From UHGV virus genome UHGV-0123286: DNA of 21,471 nt; one strand, written 5' to 3'. Below are positions 17,325 to 21,471 of this stretch, in pieces (the first letter of the stretch is position 1; each line of letters starts with the position of its first letter). The DNA comes from a virus. Both the position numbers and the translations under genes were made by a program. The notes under the pieces are model-generated. The model had not been told where the DNA came from and did not search any database. It saw only the letters and a list, made by a program, of their open reading frames with translations.

Positions 17325-17543
17325 ATGTACTTAACACTTCAGGAGTGGAACGCACGCCAGCGGCGCCCAAGAAGCCTTGAAACAGTTCGTCGATGGGTAC
17401 GCGAGTGCAGGATATTCCCTCCTCCGGTTAAGGATGGAAGAGAGTATCTGTTCCACGAATCAGCGGTAAAGGTTGACTTAAATCGACCAGTAACAGGTAG
17501 CCTTTTGAAGAGGATCAGAAATGGGAAGAAGGCGAAGTCATGA
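17325..17543 (+). CDS. xis: Excisionase Xis, 72 aa
   Basis: Translation MYLTLQEWNARQRRPRSLETVRRWVRECRIFPPPVKDGREYLFHESAVKVDLNRP... is essentially identical to lambda Xis. Confidence 0.95.
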   Translation: MYLTLQEWNARQRRPRSLETVRRWVRECRIFPPPVKDGREYLFHESAVKVDLNRPVTGSLLKRIRNGKKAKS

Positions 17544-18594
17544 GCGCCGGGATTTACCTCCTAACCTTTATATAAGAAACAATGGATATTACTGCTACAG
17601 GGACCCAAGGACGGGTAAAGAGTTTGGATTAGGCCGAGACAGGAGGATAGCAATCACTGAAGCTATACAGGCCAACATTGAGTTACTCTCAGACAGCGGA
17701 CGCAAATCACTGATAGACAGAATTAAAGGCGGTGACGCAATCACTCTTCATGTGTGGCTTGACCGATATGAAAGAATCCTCACCGAAAGGGGGATCAGGC
17801 CGAAAACTCTACTCGACTACGCCAGCAAAATCAGGGCAATCCGAAGAAAATTGCCGGACAAACCGCTCACTGACATATCAACGAAAGAAGTGGCAGCAAT
17901 GCTAAACACCTACGTAGCAGAAGGTAAAGCAGCTTCCGCAAAATTAATCAGGTCAACCCTTGTTGACGTTTTTCGTGAAGCAATAGCCGAGGGGCATGTG
18001 GCAACGAATCCGGTAACAGCAACCCGTACAGCAAAGTCAGAAGTAAGGCGCTCAAGGCTGACAGCTAATGAGTATGTCGAGATTTACCATGCAGCCGAAC
18101 CTCTCCCTATCTGGCTAAGGCTGGCGATGGATTTGGCCGTCGTTACAGGGCAGAGAGTCGGCGATTTGTGCAGAATGAAATGGTCAGACATAAACGACAA
18201 CCATCTTCACATTGAACAGAGTAAAACAGGGGCTAAACTCGCCATTCCGCTAATGCTAACGATTGACGCGCTCAATATCTCATTGGCTGATACACTACAG
18301 AAATGCAGGGATGCCAGCAGCAGTGAAACTATAATCGCATCAAAGCATCACGATCCGCTTTCCCCGAAAACAGTATCAAAGTATTTTACAAAGGCGAGAA
18401 ATGCATCTGGACTCTCATTTGATGGAAACCCGCCAACATTCCATGAACTGCGTAGCCTGTCAGCGAGGCTATACCGGAACCAGATTGGCGATAAGTTTGC
18501 TCAACGTCTTCTCGGGCATAAATCAGATTCAATGGCGGCGCGGTATAGGGACAGCCGTGGACGGGAATGGGACAAAATTGAAATCGACAAATGA
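17521..18594 (+). CDS. int: Tyrosine integrase (lambda/HK022 Int family), 357 aa
   Basis: Translation MGRRRSHERRDLPPNLYIRNNGYYCYRDPRTGKEFGLGRDRRIAITEAIQANIEL... near-identical to lambda Int N-terminus; catalytic region HELRSLSARLY...HKSD..AARY; start overlaps xis. Confidence 0.95.
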   Translation: MGRRRSHERRDLPPNLYIRNNGYYCYRDPRTGKEFGLGRDRRIAITEAIQANIELLSDSGRKSLIDRIKGGDAITLHVWLDRYERILTERGIRPKTLLDYASKIRAIRRKLPDKPLTDISTKEVAAMLNTYVAEGKAASAKLIRSTLVDVFREAIAEGHVATNPVTATRTAKSEVRRSRLTANEYVEIYHAAEPLPIWLRLAMDLAVVTGQRVGDLCRMKWSDINDNHLHIEQSKTGAKLAIPLMLTIDALNISLADTLQKCRDASSSETIIASKHHDPLSPKTVSKYFTKARNASGLSFDGNPPTFHELRSLSARLYRNQIGDKFAQRLLGHKSDSMAARYRDSRGREWDKIEIDK

Positions 18595-18688
18595 TTTTAT
18601 TTTGACTAATAATGACCTGCTTACATTAATTCATTGATAATAAAAGAGATTTCAAATATACAACTTATTCACCTAAAGTGCACCGACC
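18595..18688. other. attL: P' arm with arm-type Int sites (18596..18620) and candidate core/overlap region (about 18661..18685)
   Basis: Minus-strand reads CAGGTCATTAT-TAGTCAAAAT-AAAATCATT, close to lambda P'1-P'3 arm sites; core candidate GCACTTTAGGTGAATAAG resembles the HK022-type core as I recall it. Confidence 0.6.
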
Positions 18689-21421
18689 GTGAATTTAACC
18701 CTGACCCGAAGACTCTGGATGGGCTTTGCCCTGATGGCGCTGTTAACCCTGACCAGTACCCTGGTGGGATGGTACAACCTGCGCTTTATCAGCCAGGTGG
18801 AAAAAGACAACACTCAGGCATTGATTCCTACCATGAATATGGCGCGCCAGTTGAGCGAAGCCAGCGCCTGGGAACTTTTCGCCGCGCAGAACCTGACCAG
18901 TGCCGATAACGAAAAGATGTGGCAGGCGCAGGGGCGAATGCTCACCGCACAAAGCCTGAAGATTAATGCGTTGCTGCAAGCGTTACGGGAACAAGGTTTT
19001 GACACCACCGCTATTGAACAACAGGAGCAGGAGATCTCCCGTTCGTTACGTCAGCAAGGGGAACTGGTGGGGCAGCGTTTGCAACTTCGCCAGCAACAAC
19101 AGCAACTCAGTCAGCAGATAGTCGCCGCCGCCGATGAAATCGCACGCCTGGCGCAAGGTCAGGCGAATAATGCGGCAACCTCCGCCGGAGCGACCCAGGC
19201 CGGGATTTACGATTTGATCGAACAACATCAGCGTCAAGCCGCAGAAAGTGCACTCGATCGGCTGATTGATATCGATCTTGAGTATGTTAACCAGATGAAT
19301 GAACTGCGCCTTAGCGCCCTGCGGGTGCAGCAAATGGTGATGAATCTGGGGCTGGAACAGATCCAGAAAAATGCGCCAACGCTGGAAAAGCAGCTCAATA
19401 ATGCGGTGAAAATTCTGCAACGTCGGCAAATACGCATTGAAGATCCGGGTGTTCGTACTCAGGTAGCAACAACGTTAACTACCGTTAGCCAATATAGCGA
19501 TTTGCTGGCGCTGTATCAGCAGGACAGTGAAATCAGCAATCACCTGCAAACTCTCGCCCAAAATAACATCGCCCAATTCGCGCAGTTTAGTAGCGAAGTC
19601 AGTCAGCTGGTCGACACCATTGAGCTGCGTAATCAGCACGGGCTGGCACATCTGGAAAAAGCCAGTGCACGCGGGCAATACAGCCTGTTATTGCTGGGAT
19701 TAGTTTCTCTTTGCGCACTGATTCTGATCCTCTGGCGCGTGGTTTATCGCTCAGTCACGCGCCCTCTTGCAGAACAAACGCAGGCGCTGCAACGCTTGCT
19801 GGATGGTGATATCGACTCCCCTTTCCCGGAAACCGCTGGCGTACGGGAACTGGATACCATCGGGCGGCTGATGGATGCGTTTCGCAGCAGTGTTCATGCA
19901 CTGAATCGCCACCGCGAACAGCTGGCGGCGCAGGTCAAAGCGCGTACAGCTGAATTGCAGGAACTGGTGATAGAACACCGACAGGCACGGGCGGAAGCAG
20001 AAAAAGCCAGCCAGGCAAAATCGGCGTTTCTGGCGGCGATGAGCCATGAGATCCGCACACCGCTGTACGGTATTCTCGGCACCGCACAGCTGCTGGCAGA
20101 TAACCCCGCACTTAACGCCCAGCGCGATGATTTGCGGGCGATTACCGACTCTGGTGAATCGTTGCTGACCATCCTCAACGATATTCTCGATTATTCGGCT
20201 ATCGAAGCAGGCGGCAAGAATGTTTCGGTCAGCGATGAACCCTTTGAACCGCGCCCGCTGCTGGAAAGTACCCTGCAATTAATGAACGGAAGGGTGAAAG
20301 GTCGCCCGATTCGCCTGGCAACAGAAATTGCCGACGATGTACCGACTGCGTTAATGGGCGATCCGCGGCGTATTCGTCAGGTCATTACCAACCTGTTGAG
20401 CAACGCCCTGCGTTTCACCGACGAAGGGCACATTATTCTGCGTAGTCGCACTGATGGCGAACAATGGCTGGTCGAAGTGGAAGACAGCGGCTGCGGTATT
20501 GATCCCGCGAAACTGGCTGAAATCTTCCAGCCATTTGTTCAGGTTAGCGGCAAACGCGGCGGCACCGGGCTGGGGCTGACTATCAGTAGCCGTCTGGCCC
20601 AGGCGATGGGCGGCGAATTGAGCGCCACCAGCACGCCGGAGGTTGGAAGCTGTTTTTGTTTACGCGTGCCGTTACGTGTTGCCACTGCACCCGTGCCAAA
20701 AACAGTCAATCAGGCGGTGCGTCTGGACGGTTTACGTTTGCTGTTAATTGAAGATAACCCGCTAACCCAGCGGATTACCGTTGAGATGTTGAACAGCAGT
20801 GGGGCGCAGGTCGTTGCCGTAGGAAATGCCGCGCAGGCTTTAGAGACACTGCAAAATAGTGAACCGTTTGCTGCCGCACTGGTGGATTTTGATCTACCGG
20901 ATATCGACGGCATTACGCTTGCCCGACAACTGGCACAGCAATATCCGTCGCTGGTTTTGATTGGCTTTAGCGCCCATGTCATTGACGAAACACTGCGACA
21001 GCGTACCAGTTCGCTATTTCGCGGGATTATCCCTAAACCGGTGCCGCGTGAAGTGCTCGGTCAATTACTGGCGCACTATCTCCAACTGCAAGTCAATAAC
21101 GATCAACCACTGGATGTATCGCAACTCAATGAAGATGCTCATTTAATGGGGGCGGAGAAGATCCACGAATGGCTGATATTATTTAAACAACATGCCCTGC
21201 CGCTTCTCGATGAAATCGACATTGCCCGCGCCAGTCAGGATAACGAGAAAATAAAGCGTGCCGCACATCAGCTAAAAAGCAGTTGCTCGAGTCTGGGAAT
21301 GCGTAGCGCCAGCCAGCAATGCGCACAACTGGAGCAGCAGCCATTATCTGCCCCCCTTCCACACGAAGAAATTACACGCAGTGTTGCCGCTCTGGAAGCA
21401 TGGTTAATAAGAAAGACCTGA
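18689..21421 (+). CDS. torS: Hybrid sensor histidine kinase TorS (TMAO respiration two-component system), 910 aa
   Basis: Translation [41 protein letters not shown]... with H-box SHEIRTP, receiver domain and C-terminal HPt matches E. coli TorS; GTG start. Confidence 0.95.
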   Translation: MNLTLTRRLWMGFALMALLTLTSTLVGWYNLRFISQVEKDNTQALIPTMNMARQLSEASAWELFAAQNLTSADNEKMWQAQGRMLTAQSLKINALLQALREQGFDTTAIEQQEQEISRSLRQQGELVGQRLQLRQQQQQLSQQIVAAADEIARLAQGQANNAATSAGATQAGIYDLIEQHQRQAAESALDRLIDIDLEYVNQMNELRLSALRVQQMVMNLGLEQIQKNAPTLEKQLNNAVKILQRRQIRIEDPGVRTQVATTLTTVSQYSDLLALYQQDSEISNHLQTLAQNNIAQFAQFSSEVSQLVDTIELRNQHGLAHLEKASARGQYSLLLLGLVSLCALILILWRVVYRSVTRPLAEQTQALQRLLDGDIDSPFPETAGVRELDTIGRLMDAFRSSVHALNRHREQLAAQVKARTAELQELVIEHRQARAEAEKASQAKSAFLAAMSHEIRTPLYGILGTAQLLADNPALNAQRDDLRAITDSGESLLTILNDILDYSAIEAGGKNVSVSDEPFEPRPLLESTLQLMNGRVKGRPIRLATEIADDVPTALMGDPRRIRQVITNLLSNALRFTDEGHIILRSRTDGEQWLVEVEDSGCGIDPAKLAEIFQPFVQVSGKRGGTGLGLTISSRLAQAMGGELSATSTPEVGSCFCLRVPLRVATAPVPKTVNQAVRLDGLRLLLIEDNPLTQRITVEMLNSSGAQVVAVGNAAQALETLQNSEPFAAALVDFDLPDIDGITLARQLAQQYPSLVLIGFSAHVIDETLRQRTSSLFRGIIPKPVPREVLGQLLAHYLQLQVNNDQPLDVSQLNEDAHLMGAEKIHEWLILFKQHALPLLDEIDIARASQDNEKIKRAAHQLKSSCSSLGMRSASQQCAQLEQQPLSAPLPHEEITRSVAALEAWLIRKT

Positions 21422-21471
21422 ACGCGATTTGAATCAATATCAGCCAGTTAAGAACAACTAGAATAGTGGCA

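Larger units (their letters stand above)
1..18688. mobile_element. Lambdoid prophage (mosaic; lambda-like lysis/Q/nin/int-xis, P22-like replication and erf), right end at attL next to torS; left end beyond window
   Basis: Contiguous phage gene order Rz-R-S-Q-nin-replication-cII-cro-cI-N-cIII-kil-erf-xis-int-att, all recognisable from translations; host torS follows directly. Confidence 0.92.

Noticed and set aside
16976-17370. Minus-strand ORFs 16976..17188 and 17185..17370 near xis
   Set aside because: Span two plus-strand terminators and oppose the direction of the int-xis operon; no RBS support.
18595-18688. tRNA gene at the integration site
   Set aside because: No cloverleaf-compatible sequence seen; the site lies in the torS upstream region, consistent with a non-tRNA attB.
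18743-20278. Several long minus-strand ORFs (for example 19046..19429, 19751..20278, 19894..20178) and the plus-strand ORF 18634..18909 around and inside torS
   Set aside because: They are antisense or out of frame to the well-supported torS reading frame; long spurious ORFs are expected opposite a GC-rich 910-aa gene.
1-21471. CRISPR array or IS element/transposase
   Set aside because: No regularly spaced direct repeats with unique spacers and no transposase-like ORF or terminal inverted repeats; the only repeats are the ori iterons and operator palindromes.

Overview
The window is almost entirely a lambdoid prophage (about 1..18688) in reverse orientation to the standard lambda map, ending at a lambda/HK022-type xis-int-attL junction immediately upstream of the host sensor kinase gene torS (18689..21421). 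All calls rest on reading the six-frame translations and the DNA against remembered lambda, P22 and E. coli sequences; no database search or alignment was run. Left to right: partial Rz, R endolysin, S holin, the lambda-like pR'/6S RNA/tR' region, Q, a nin region (ninI, ninG, ninF, an extra unknown ORF, ninE, ninD, ninC, ninB; no ninH), a P22-type replication module (DnaB-like helicase plus O-like initiator with ori iterons inside the gene), cII, nutR, cro, OR, a cI repressor of non-lambda specificity, a small 3-TM membrane protein downstream of cI, OL/pL, nutL, N, then a leftward early operon with cIII-like, kil-like, Erf, an SSB-like protein and a run of small unknown accessory genes, followed by xis, int and attL. 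The phage is a clear mosaic: lambda-like lysis, Q, nin and int/xis; P22-like replication and erf. I could not identify a named defense or anti-defense system. The best candidates for something undescribed are the lysogen-expressed membrane protein downstream of cI, the unknown genes between N and cIII, and the translationally coupled six-gene block at 13866..16690 that includes a PD-(D/E)xK-motif protein.
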